From Deltaproteobacteria bacterium (GTDB lineage: Bacteria > Desulfobacterota > Dissulfuribacteria > Dissulfuribacterales > QOAL01): a stretch of 51,413 bases of DNA. The DNA lies in NCBI GenBank assembly GCA_026992735.1, contig JALWYO010000077.1:1-51413 (forward strand), in the 5' to 3' direction. Position numbers and translations under genes: made by a program. The notes beneath the pieces are model-generated. The model did not search any database. It saw only the letters and a list, made by a program, of their open reading frames with translations, and was not told the DNA's origin. Positions within the stretch are counted from its first letter, which is position 1, and every line of letters starts with the position of its first letter. Of the stretch, positions 9,224-18,433 are shown in pieces.

Positions 9224-10399
9224 TCAGGCAGTACCTTTCACAAGGGCCAGCATCTCCCTTACCGCCCTTTCCAGGCCCACCAGGCTTGCCCTGGCAACAA
9301 CGGCATGGCCTATGCTGAATTCCACGATCTCGCTGACTGCAGCAAGTCTTGCAGTGTTCATGTAGTTAAGGCCATGCCCGGCATGCACCCTGAGCCCAAG
9401 GTCAGATGCCATCCCGGCCATCTTCACGATCTGCTCAAACTCCATATCCTGCTCCGCAGCTCCCGGGGCATCGGCATACCGGCCAGTGTGTATTTCAATG
9501 CATTCCGCACCTGTCCGGCTGGATGCCTCTATCTGGTCAGGCTCAGGATCCACAAACAGGCTTACAGGGATACCTGCATCGTGCAGCCTTTTCACTGCAT
9601 CTGCCACCGAATCTTCCAGCGACTTGACATCCAGGCCTCCTTCAGTCGTGAGTTCCTGACGCTTTTCAGGCACAAGCGTTACGATATCGGGCTTCAGATC
9701 AGAGGCTATCCCGATCATTTCGTCAGTGGCAGCCATCTCCAGGGTCAGCCTGGTCTTTACAACCTCCCTGATAATCCGGACATCCCTGTCCTGGATATGC
9801 CTCCTGTCCTCCCTGAGATGGACCACAACACCGTCAGCACCTGCAAGCTCCACGATACCGGCGGCAAGCACTGGATCAGGCTCATTGCCTCCCCTTGCCT
9901 GCCTGATGGTGGCAATATGATCCACGTTTATACAAAGATCTGCCATAAGACCCTCCATTATCAGACTGTCTCTCAATTCCAGTTCTTTTTCTGCCATCCG
10001 CCTGGCATGTTCATCCCCAAGCTCGTGATCCTCGCCCATGAGATGCGCCAAGCCATGAATCAGTAATTCCATGACCCTGTTTTCAAGGGTTGTGAGGCCC
10101 TGTTCCGCCTCTTCCGCAGCCCGGTCCACACAGATAACCACGTCACCAAGGATGCCTGGATCTTCCATTGGAAACGATATCACGTTAGTAGGCCCCTGGC
10201 GGCCAAACCACTGGCGGTTTATCTTTGTTATACCCCTGGCATCTGTAAACAGCAGTCCGAGATGCATGTGCCCAAGCCCGGCGATGCGGAGCAATACCCC
10301 TGCCATCCTCCTGTAACGGCACAGGGACATCGGCCTTCCTGACTGGTTTACTACTTCAACCGGCACAGGTATCTCCCTTGAGTCAAAACATCCAGGCAA
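9224..10399 (-). CDS. pdxJ: In-frame fusion of YbeY-type endoribonuclease (N-terminal) and pyridoxine 5'-phosphate synthase (C-terminal, from ATG 9946)
   Basis: YbeY: 'PTNVISFP', 'LGDVVIC', 'IHGLAHLMGEDH'. PdxJ: 'INVDHIATIRQAR', 'HLREDRRHIQD', 'ELTTEGGLD', 'HAGHGL'. No stop between them. N-terminal start uncertain. Confidence 0.9.
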   Translation of the reverse strand: MPGCFDSREIPVPVEVVNQSGRPMSLCRYRRMAGVLLRIAGLGHMHLGLLFTDARGITKINRQWFGRQGPTNVISFPMEDPGILGDVVICVDRAAEEAEQGLTTLENRVMELLIHGLAHLMGEDHELGDEHARRMAEKELELRDSLIMEGLMADLCINVDHIATIRQARGGNEPDPVLAAGIVELAGADGVVVHLREDRRHIQDRDVRIIREVVKTRLTLEMAATDEMIGIASDLKPDIVTLVPEKRQELTTEGGLDVKSLEDSVADAVKRLHDAGIPVSLFVDPEPDQIEASSRTGAECIEIHTGRYADAPGAAEQDMEFEQIVKMAGMASDLGLRVHAGHGLNYMNTARLAAVSEIVEFSIGHAVVARASLVGLERAVREMLALVKGTA

Positions 10400-10450
10400 G
10401 TCATGATGTCAGCCCTGCATGACAGGCAGGGCCACCCCGTACAATCTGGA

Positions 10451-11407
<957 letters not shown>

Positions 11408-11408
11408 T

Positions 11409-13160
11409 TCAGGCAATATCCCCAAGCGCCCTGTCATAAAGCTTACCCACACCGTACTCCTTGCGTCTCTGGAATTTTTCCCACGGCGGGCCTATGATTT
11501 GCATCTCGGGATGTTCCTTCTGAACCTCTCTTGCAATCTGCATTTCTTTGGTACAGCCGGTGCTGTACGTGGCATCCTTGCCCACCCATTCCGGAGGCAC
11601 CTTTTCGCCCAGAAGCTCAAAGGCCTTTTCTATGTCTTCATAGGTCTGGAAACGCCAGATATCTATCAGCCCGCTCCGCTGAACAATCTCCCACATATAC
11701 ATGATGTCATCGGCATCCATTCCAGGCTCAAAATGCTCTGCCGGATTGATAACCACCACTCCTTCCTGCTTTTCCCGGAGATACTTGACAAAGACATTGA
11801 GTATCTTTTTCGCTGTCTCCAACTGGTTTGGAATGCTGCCAACTATTGCACTGTAGAACATGATGGTTTTGCCCCGGCCTTTTTCCACCTGAAGATGATA
11901 GATAAGGCTTTCGGCCTTGACCCTGAGGTCCTTCTCTGAGAAACGTATTACCTTGGGGTGATGCGGCTTCATAGTAAGAACAAGCCTTGATCCGGGCCCG
12001 CCGCTGGCCCTGAACAGCATGTCCCTGGTAAAACTGAAATGAGAATGCTCTATGCATCGGGCATCTCGTGGAGAACGGATTACTACTGCATCGGCCTCCT
12101 TGAAGGCCCTTGCAAATGTAACCGACGCCAGAAGCGGATTAAATTTCTCCTGGGTACCGTCAGATATGACAAATATAGTCCTGTCACTCTTGAGCTTGTC
12201 TATGAGCTCGTTCTTGGAGATATCCTTTCTTGCGATCACATCCGCCTCGCTCAAATGCTCTGCCAGAAATGGATCGTCTATTATGTCCTCCATGGTAATA
12301 TCGTGATAATAAAAGGCCTGTTTAACAGAAATTATAACCTTGACCCTGAAATGCAATAGCAGCTTGATTACCTCAAGATCCAGGAGAAATGCCCCTGCCG
12401 AGGGTGCATGCCATAAAAGATAATGCCATGCTTCCTGCTTCTGCCATGTGGAGAGCAAATCCAGAAACCAATTCCAGCCCTCACCTTCTATATCTCTGGA
12501 CATCAGCATGGAAATATCATCCCTGGTCGGCTTTTCCATGGTCATGAGCGTGTCTATGTTGCTGGACAGGCTGAGAAGACGCTTCAGTTTCAAGACGTTG
12601 ATCTGAAAATTTATGTCATTAAGAGGAGTATCAGGGGCTATGTCCAGACCGGAGCGCTGATTAAGGGCATCTCTGTAAGCATCTGTTGCCAGAAGCTCGT
12701 GGATCTTTCGATTCTTTCTTTCCTTTTCATGGGAAAGAGGCCTGTCTATCTCGCTTACCCTTACGAATATCTGCAAAAGCCTCTTTTCAACCCGGGACGG
12801 CAGCATGACCAAGGATGCTGTCTCATGGCGAAACTTTATCTTCAGGAGGCTCATCAGAAATTTCTTCTTGAAATCATCCTCTATGAGGCCGTTGACAAGA
12901 GGTTCCACCTTCTCCCACACCTTCATATACTGAAGGATGAGGCTGTCACTGTCCTGCTTGTTTATTATGCTATTGAAAGTCTTGTCAGAACAAGGATAGT
13001 AATAGGGTTCATCTTCCAGGTACACGATGAACTTGAGCTGCTCCGGAGAGGCTACCTCGTTTGGGAATGCCTCGTAGGCAAGGTGATTCTCTGTAAAAAA
13101 ATTGGCGATCCAGGCCTCTTTTGCAGGATCCTTTTTGGTTTTCAGACTGTTATCCGGCAT
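11409..13160 (-). CDS. Conserved protein, ARMT1/DUF89-like central region with extra C-terminal domain
   Basis: 583-aa ORF inside the operon; 'VIISVKQAFYYHDIT', 'VISDGT', 'FARAFKEADAVV' resemble DUF89 elements. Confidence 0.6.
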   Translation of the reverse strand: MPDNSLKTKKDPAKEAWIANFFTENHLAYEAFPNEVASPEQLKFIVYLEDEPYYYPCSDKTFNSIINKQDSDSLILQYMKVWEKVEPLVNGLIEDDFKKKFLMSLLKIKFRHETASLVMLPSRVEKRLLQIFVRVSEIDRPLSHEKERKNRKIHELLATDAYRDALNQRSGLDIAPDTPLNDINFQINVLKLKRLLSLSSNIDTLMTMEKPTRDDISMLMSRDIEGEGWNWFLDLLSTWQKQEAWHYLLWHAPSAGAFLLDLEVIKLLLHFRVKVIISVKQAFYYHDITMEDIIDDPFLAEHLSEADVIARKDISKNELIDKLKSDRTIFVISDGTQEKFNPLLASVTFARAFKEADAVVIRSPRDARCIEHSHFSFTRDMLFRASGGPGSRLVLTMKPHHPKVIRFSEKDLRVKAESLIYHLQVEKGRGKTIMFYSAIVGSIPNQLETAKKILNVFVKYLREKQEGVVVINPAEHFEPGMDADDIMYMWEIVQRSGLIDIWRFQTYEDIEKAFELLGEKVPPEWVGKDATYSTGCTKEMQIAREVQKEHPEMQIIGPPWEKFQRRKEYGVGKLYDRALGDIA

Positions 13161-13197
13161 AATTGTAACTTCTCAATAAGTCCGTGCAAATTCTCCT

Positions 13198-13324
13198 GTA
13201 TCTGTTTACAGGATGCTGAAGGTACAAGACGGGGGACGCGCAGGCGTACTTCCTTGTGCTTCAAGTGTCTGGCAACGCCATAGATGCGATACCCTTATAG
13301 TAAGTCAGTTCTGTGAGCAGATAC
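13198..13324 (+). repeat. Structured intergenic repeat element, copy 1
   Basis: 16-bp terminal pairing GTATCTGTTTACAGGA / TTCTGTGAGCAGATAC (3 G-U); core similar to 15192-15272. Confidence 0.6.
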
Positions 13325-13366
13325 GCATAATTCATCAGGGAAGTTCGGGAGATACTGCCAGCCAAT

Positions 13367-14299
13367 TCAAAACATCTTCTTTTTTATGAATACATAAACA
13401 ACCACCAATGAGATGAGAAATGAAAGGCCCATTGTCATAAAAAAGGCATAGTGACTGTGCTGGAACGGCAATTCTATATTCATGCCGTAGATACTCGCCA
13501 CCAGGTTGGGCACCATGAGAACAATGGTAACGGCTGTAAGAAACTTCATGACGATATTCAGGTTGTTGGAAATGACAGAGGCATAGGCATCCATCATGCC
13601 GGCCAGAATATCACTGTATATCTTGGCCATCTCAATGGCCTGCTGGTTCTCGATCTGGGCATCTTCAAGGATATCCTCGTCATCCTCGGTAATGGACACG
13701 TACCTGCCGCTGCCCAGCCTGACCATTACCATGTCATTTGCCTTGAGGCTTGTATTGAAATAGACCAGACTCTTCTCCAGGTTGAGCAGTTTGACCAGTT
13801 CCTTGTTCCTCATGGACTGCTGAAGCTCGTTCTCGTATTCCTCCATTAGACGGTCAATCAGCCTGAGGTGCCTGAGATAATCACTGGCTACCCTTAAAAA
13901 TATATTGAAGATAAACCTGACCCGGCTGACAAATATGCGCTGCTTCATGGCAGAGTCTATGACACGCTTCAGGACCTCTGTCTCAACCGGGCAAATGGTG
14001 ATAATCTCGTTCTCCAGAATCACTATACCCAGAGGAATGGTCTCGAACCTGACCATGTCCTTGCTGTGCTGGGGATAGGGTATCTTGACGATGATCAGTA
14101 TCTGGCCTTCATCGCTTTCCACCCTGGAAGTCTCTTCTACATCAAGCGGATAGCGCAGAAATTCCGGTAATACTTGAGTCTCCTGCAATATCCGGTTAAT
14201 CTCTTCCTCGGTAGGGTCCACGAGGTTGACCCAGCAACCTTTTTCTATCTGGTTCGTGGGTTCTACCGAGTGTTTTTTCTGTGAGAAGATCTGAAGCAA
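13367..14299 (-). CDS. corA: CorA-family Mg2+/Co2+ transporter
   Basis: 'WVNLVDPT', 'ISNNLNIVMKFLT', signature 'YGMN', two C-terminal TM helices; likely TTG start at 14299 (ORF open to 14362). Confidence 0.93.
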   Translation of the reverse strand: MLQIFSQKKHSVEPTNQIEKGCWVNLVDPTEEEINRILQETQVLPEFLRYPLDVEETSRVESDEGQILIIVKIPYPQHSKDMVRFETIPLGIVILENEIITICPVETEVLKRVIDSAMKQRIFVSRVRFIFNIFLRVASDYLRHLRLIDRLMEEYENELQQSMRNKELVKLLNLEKSLVYFNTSLKANDMVMVRLGSGRYVSITEDDEDILEDAQIENQQAIEMAKIYSDILAGMMDAYASVISNNLNIVMKFLTAVTIVLMVPNLVASIYGMNIELPFQHSHYAFFMTMGLSFLISLVVVYVFIKKKMF

Positions 14300-14485
14300 T
14301 CCTGAATCCTCTTGTGTTTGAATTTTCAATAATAATCGTATCGTCCAAAGACAGCCCGGCACCTGTTGACATGGCCCGGCACAGGCTGCCTTTGTTTGCT
14401 GCTTTTATCTTATAAGACAGCCCCCTAGGTTAGGCAAGCAAAAGAAAAGACAATGCCGGCCTGTTAAACCAGAAAAGTTACAGCA

Positions 14486-15169
14486 ATGGACCCTGAAAAC
14501 CTCATTGAACAATGCTTTATATTCCATGGACTGCCTGCCAGGGTCCTGAATGATATCGTTGCCATTGGCTCTGTAAAAAAATTCAATGCCAAACAGACCA
14601 TCTTCATGGAAGGAGACAGGGCCACGGGCTTTCACATTGTTATTACAGGCAGGATAAAGATATTCAAGCTGTCAACAGAGGGCAGAGAGCAGACACTCCA
14701 CGTATTCGGGCCTGGCGAACCATTTGGTGAAGCGGCTGTCTTTGCAGGCACCAGGTTCCCTGCCAATGCCATGGCAGTAAAAAAGACAGAGACATTCTAC
14801 ATACCCAGAGAGGCGTTTGTTCTCCTGCTGAAGAAAGACCCGTCCATTGCCATGAATCTCCTCTCCATCCTGTCCAGAAGGCTCATGAGCTTTGCCGTCA
14901 TGATTGGAGACCTTTCCCTCAAGGAGGTACCTGGACGCCTGGCCACATATCTCATCATCCTGATGAAACAGCAGGGCAAATCTGATTCCGTCACCCTGGA
15001 CATGCCCAAGTCACAGCTGGCAAGCCTGCTTGGCACCATCCCGGAAACCCTCTCCAGGATATTTGCAAAGATGCAAAGGCAGGGAATTATAGCTGTCCAG
15101 GGCCCACACATAAAAATCCTGGACCTGGAGGCACTCGAAGAACTCTCAGGCACAGAATTCAGAGACTGA
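14486..15169 (+). CDS. Crp/Fnr-family transcriptional regulator (Dnr/HcpR-like, no Fnr Cys cluster)
   Basis: cNMP-like 'IFMEGD...GRIKIFK...GEPFGE', HTH 'LASLLGTIPETLSR'. Confidence 0.93.
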   Translation: MDPENLIEQCFIFHGLPARVLNDIVAIGSVKKFNAKQTIFMEGDRATGFHIVITGRIKIFKLSTEGREQTLHVFGPGEPFGEAAVFAGTRFPANAMAVKKTETFYIPREAFVLLLKKDPSIAMNLLSILSRRLMSFAVMIGDLSLKEVPGRLATYLIILMKQQGKSDSVTLDMPKSQLASLLGTIPETLSRIFAKMQRQGIIAVQGPHIKILDLEALEELSGTEFRD

Positions 15170-15175
15170 CCATCA

Positions 15176-15283
15176 TAAGTAAAGTGGGAAAAGGATGCCG
15201 CAGAGGCAAGACAGCGGGTGCGCAGCCATACTCCCTGTTGCAAACGCCCGCCAACACGGCGGACGCAGTGCCGTGAATGCTTA
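15176..15283 (+). repeat. Structured intergenic repeat element, copy 2
   Basis: 15192-15236 matches 13210-13254 at 33/45 ungapped positions by hand count; stems CCGC/GCGG and GCGGGTG/CGCCCGC. Confidence 0.6.
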
Positions 15284-16177
15284 CTACTGGACTATTTCCG
15301 TGCCCACACCTGCGTCAGTAAACAGCTCCAGGAGAATGGCGTGCTCGCGCCTTCCATCAACTATATGTGCCTTTCTGGTGCCCTTCTTAAGGGCCTTGAG
15401 GCAGGCCTTGAGCTTTGGAATCATCCCGCCGGTGACAACAGAGCGGGAGATAGCAGTCTCTACCTCTGCAAAACTCATGGAACGGATAAGTCTCTGTTCC
15501 TCATCCTCTCTTCCAGGTCCTAATACACCTGGCACATCCGTCAACAGTATAAGTTTCTCTGCCTTCAGATGCCCGGCCACTGCACCTGCCACCAGATCTG
15601 CATTGATATTATAGGCATGACCGCCAGGTCCTACGCCAACAGGCGCAATAACGGGGATGAACCCCTCTGATTCCAGGGCGGTAAGAACACCGGGATTCAC
15701 GTCAGCCACTTTGCCAACCCTGCCGATATCGATGATCTCCGGCGGCCTTTCATCTCCGGTGTACTTGTATATCTTCATGCGTTCAGCCCTGATGAGATCG
15801 CCGTCCCTGCCTGACAACCCGACAGCTCTGCCACCCAGGCTGTTTACCAGGCCTACAATCTCCTTGTTCACAGTGCCTACCAGGACCATCTCCACCACGC
15901 TCATGGTCTCTTCATCGGTAACACGCTGACCTTCCACAAATGTGGACTCTATGCCCATCCTTGACATTATCCTGCTGATCTGTGGCCCGCCGCCATGGAC
16001 AATAACGGGATTGATACCAACATATTTCATGAGGATGATATCAAGGGCAAACTGTTTCTTGAGATCCTGGTCCACCATGGCATGCCCGCCATACTTTATA
16101 ACAATAGTCTTTCCGTAAAATTTACGGATGTACGGAAGGGCCTCTATAAGCACCTGTGCCGTTGACAGAGATGACAC
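15284..16177 (-). CDS. argB: Acetylglutamate kinase
   Basis: 'EALPYI', '[10 protein letters not shown]', 'VHGGGPQI', 'NINADLVA', 'GGMIPK'; GTG start at 16177 with AAGGAG RBS. Confidence 0.97.
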   Translation of the reverse strand: MSSLSTAQVLIEALPYIRKFYGKTIVIKYGGHAMVDQDLKKQFALDIILMKYVGINPVIVHGGGPQISRIMSRMGIESTFVEGQRVTDEETMSVVEMVLVGTVNKEIVGLVNSLGGRAVGLSGRDGDLIRAERMKIYKYTGDERPPEIIDIGRVGKVADVNPGVLTALESEGFIPVIAPVGVGPGGHAYNINADLVAGAVAGHLKAEKLILLTDVPGVLGPGREDEEQRLIRSMSFAEVETAISRSVVTGGMIPKLKACLKALKKGTRKAHIVDGRREHAILLELFTDAGVGTEIVQ

Positions 16178-16196
16178 GGTTTTCTCCTTTTCCTCT

Positions 16197-17570
16197 TTAC
16201 AGAATGAACCTGCTGAGATCCTGGTCTTCCAAGATATTCGAGAGTTTTTCCTGCACATATCCGGCTGTAATATGTATGGTCTGCGGGGCCACGTCCGGGG
16301 CTTCAAAGGATATCTCCTCCAGGAGCCTTTCCATCACTGTATGAAGCCTCCTGGCACCGATATTTTCCGTGCGGGAATTTACCTCAAACGCAATCCTGGC
16401 AATCTCTTCGATTGCCTCTGGCTCGAACACCAGATCTATATCCTCGGTCTCCATAAGTGCCTTATACTGGGTCACCAGGGCGTTCTCAGGCTCTGTGAGT
16501 ATCCGTGCGAAATCCTTCTGCGTGAGAGAATCCAGTTCAACCCTTATGGGAAACCTGCCCTGCAATTCTGGCAGCAGGTCAGAAGGCTTGGCCACATGAA
16601 AGGCACCGCTTGCCATAAAAAGTATGTGATCTGTCCTGACTATTCCATACTTGGTATGCACGCTGGTTCCTTCCACAATGGGCAGGAGGTCGCGCTGAAC
16701 GCCTTCTCTGGATACATCCGGCCCTCCCCTGCCTGCACTGGCCCCTGCAGCAATCTTGTCTATCTCGTCCAGGAAAATGATTCCCTGCTGCTCCACCCTG
16801 GCCACAGCCTTTTCCACCACCTTGTCCATATCGATAAGGCGTCCTGCTGCCTCTTGCTCCAGGATCTTTCTGGCCTCCTTGACTGTTACACGGCGGCGTT
16901 TCTTCTTCTTTGGAAAGACATTGGAAAGCATGTCCTGGAGGTTTGACTGCATCTCTTCCATGCCAGCGGCAGCAAAGATCTCCACCATGGGAGCTGCGGC
17001 GCTCTGAGAGACCTCCAATTCCACAAATCTCTCCTCAAGCTTTCCATCCCTGAGCATCTGCCTGAAGCGTTCCCTGGTATCCGTCGTATCTGGAACATTT
17101 GCGTCTTCCGGAGGCGCTCCGGCAAGGCGTCTTGGGACAAGGAGGTCCAGGAGTCTCTCTTCAGCCTGCTCCCTGGCCTTCTGCTCCACTTTCTGTTTTT
17201 CCTCACCCTTGACCATATCCACTGCCAGGTGTGTCAGGTCCCGGATCATGGATTCCACGTCCCGGCCAACATAGCCTACTTCTGTAAACTTACTGGCCTC
17301 TATCTTGAGAAACGGTGAATGGGCAAGCCTTGCCAACCGCCTGGCAATCTCGGTCTTGCCAACACCGGTAGGACCTATCATTATAATATTTTTAGGGGCT
17401 ATTTCGTCCCTGAGCTCCTCAGGGACCTGCTGTCTGCGCCAGCGGTTCCTCAATGCAATGGCGACTGACCTCTTTGCCTTGTCTTGCCCTATTATGTACT
17501 TATCTAAAGCTGCTACGATCTGTCTGGGCGTCATGGGCCCAAAACCACCATCTGAAACGAGAGCCTTCAT
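16197..17570 (-). CDS. hslU: ATP-dependent protease ATPase subunit
   Basis: 'MTPRQIV', '[15 protein letters not shown]', 'GYVGRDVES', 'ENIGARRL', C-terminal 'DLSRFIL'. Confidence 0.98.
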   Translation of the reverse strand: MKALVSDGGFGPMTPRQIVAALDKYIIGQDKAKRSVAIALRNRWRRQQVPEELRDEIAPKNIIMIGPTGVGKTEIARRLARLAHSPFLKIEASKFTEVGYVGRDVESMIRDLTHLAVDMVKGEEKQKVEQKAREQAEERLLDLLVPRRLAGAPPEDANVPDTTDTRERFRQMLRDGKLEERFVELEVSQSAAAPMVEIFAAAGMEEMQSNLQDMLSNVFPKKKKRRRVTVKEARKILEQEAAGRLIDMDKVVEKAVARVEQQGIIFLDEIDKIAAGASAGRGGPDVSREGVQRDLLPIVEGTSVHTKYGIVRTDHILFMASGAFHVAKPSDLLPELQGRFPIRVELDSLTQKDFARILTEPENALVTQYKALMETEDIDLVFEPEAIEEIARIAFEVNSRTENIGARRLHTVMERLLEEISFEAPDVAPQTIHITAGYVQEKLSNILEDQDLSRFIL

Positions 17571-18121
17571 TCTGATTTATCCTCTAATGTTTCATATACA
17601 AAAGAATGATTGGTATATATGCATATGTCAGCTGCGATCTCCAGTGCGCTCTGAGCTATCTCCCTGGCAGAAAGTTCGCTGTGCGCCACAAGAGCCCTGG
17701 CTGCAGAAAGGGCATACGGCCCACCGGAGCCAATGGCGATCAACCCGTCATCCGGCTCTATTACATCACCTGAGCCAGAAATCAACAGGGTATGGCTGTC
17801 ATTGGCTGCTATAAGCATGGCCTCCAGACGCCTGAGCAGCTTATCTGTACGCCAGTCCTTGGCAAGCTCCACGGCAGCTCTCAGGAGATTGCCACCGTAT
17901 GATTCTATTTTTGAATCAAGCCGTTCAAACAATGTAAAGGCGTCGGCAGTGGCTCCGGCGAAACCCGAGATGACCTTGCCGTTAAAAAGCCTTCTTACCT
18001 TCCTGGCCTTTTGTTTCAAAACAGTATTTCCAAGCGTTACCTGGCCATCTCCGGCAATCACAACCTGCCCCTTATGCCTTACTGCAATAACAGTTGTTCC
18101 TCTTATTTCTCCATTCATCAT
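17567..18121 (-). CDS. hslV: ATP-dependent protease peptidase subunit
   Basis: 'GTTVIAVR', 'AGDGQVT', 'GFAGATADA', 'AIGSGG', 'ICIYTN'; start ATG 18121 (ORF open to 18193). Confidence 0.97.
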   Translation of the reverse strand: MMNGEIRGTTVIAVRHKGQVVIAGDGQVTLGNTVLKQKARKVRRLFNGKVISGFAGATADAFTLFERLDSKIESYGGNLLRAAVELAKDWRTDKLLRRLEAMLIAANDSHTLLISGSGDVIEPDDGLIAIGSGGPYALSAARALVAHSELSAREIAQSALEIAADICIYTNHSFVYETLEDKSE

Positions 18122-18209
18122 GATCCACTTATTCCTCGAACTCTTCATGGAATGGCCACTCCGCTGCATGGCAGCAGATGTAAACTGGCCCATCCATGCT
18201 TTTTAACCA

Positions 18210-18239
18210 ATAATGGGACAAATTGCTCTTGTTTTTAAC
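18210..18239 (-). promoter_or_regulatory. Possible sigma-32-like promoter of hslVU
   Basis: Minus strand GTTAAAA-N14-TCCCATTAT resembles CTTGAAA-N13/15-CCCCATNT, upstream of heat-shock genes. Confidence 0.3.
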
Positions 18240-18254
18240 AAAATATGATTTGTG

Positions 18255-18352
18255 TCTGCTGGTGAATGCTGCATATGTTCAGACCAGAGAAGTCCAGACT
18301 GCCTGGCAAATCCAATCTCCGGCAATGCAGCAGGTTCAGTACCCATGGCAGG
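18255..18352 (+). repeat. Structured intergenic repeat element, diverged copy 3
   Basis: Same layout (ATGCTG..AGAC-N8-TCCAG..CAA..CAA..CAGTACC); perfect stem TGCTGCAT (18267-74) / ATGCAGCA (18325-32). Confidence 0.45.
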
Positions 18353-18367
18353 AGACCGTTATATTAA

Positions 18368-18432
18368 CCCGGATTATGCAGCTCGCAAGTTTGCCAAAGA
18401 TGCGAGGCAAAGGTCATAGTGCATAATCCGGG
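18368..18432. repeat. Inverted-repeat element directly after the FDH stop codon (MITE-like or 3' hairpin)
   Basis: Perfect 13-bp IR CCCGGATTATGCA / TGCATAATCCGGG, internal CTCGCA/TGCGAG stem, TTAA next to both ends. Confidence 0.65.
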
Positions 18433-18433
18433 A

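Noticed and set aside
8855-10066. 403-aa + strand ORF, and similar long antisense ORFs (4619-5440, 19175-20185, 25686-26594, 37840-38829)
   Set aside because: They shadow well-conserved minus-strand genes and have no recognisable motifs.
13198-13324. Element as tRNA-Sec, SRP RNA or 6S RNA
   Set aside because: No cloverleaf with UCA anticodon, no SRP domain IV motif, shorter than typical 6S, and it has related copies nearby.
16178-16306. Long N-terminal extensions in the ORF track (argB; also hslV, phoH, oppC, recN, DUF2235)
   Set aside because: They overlap neighbouring genes or precede the family-typical N-terminus; downstream starts fit better.
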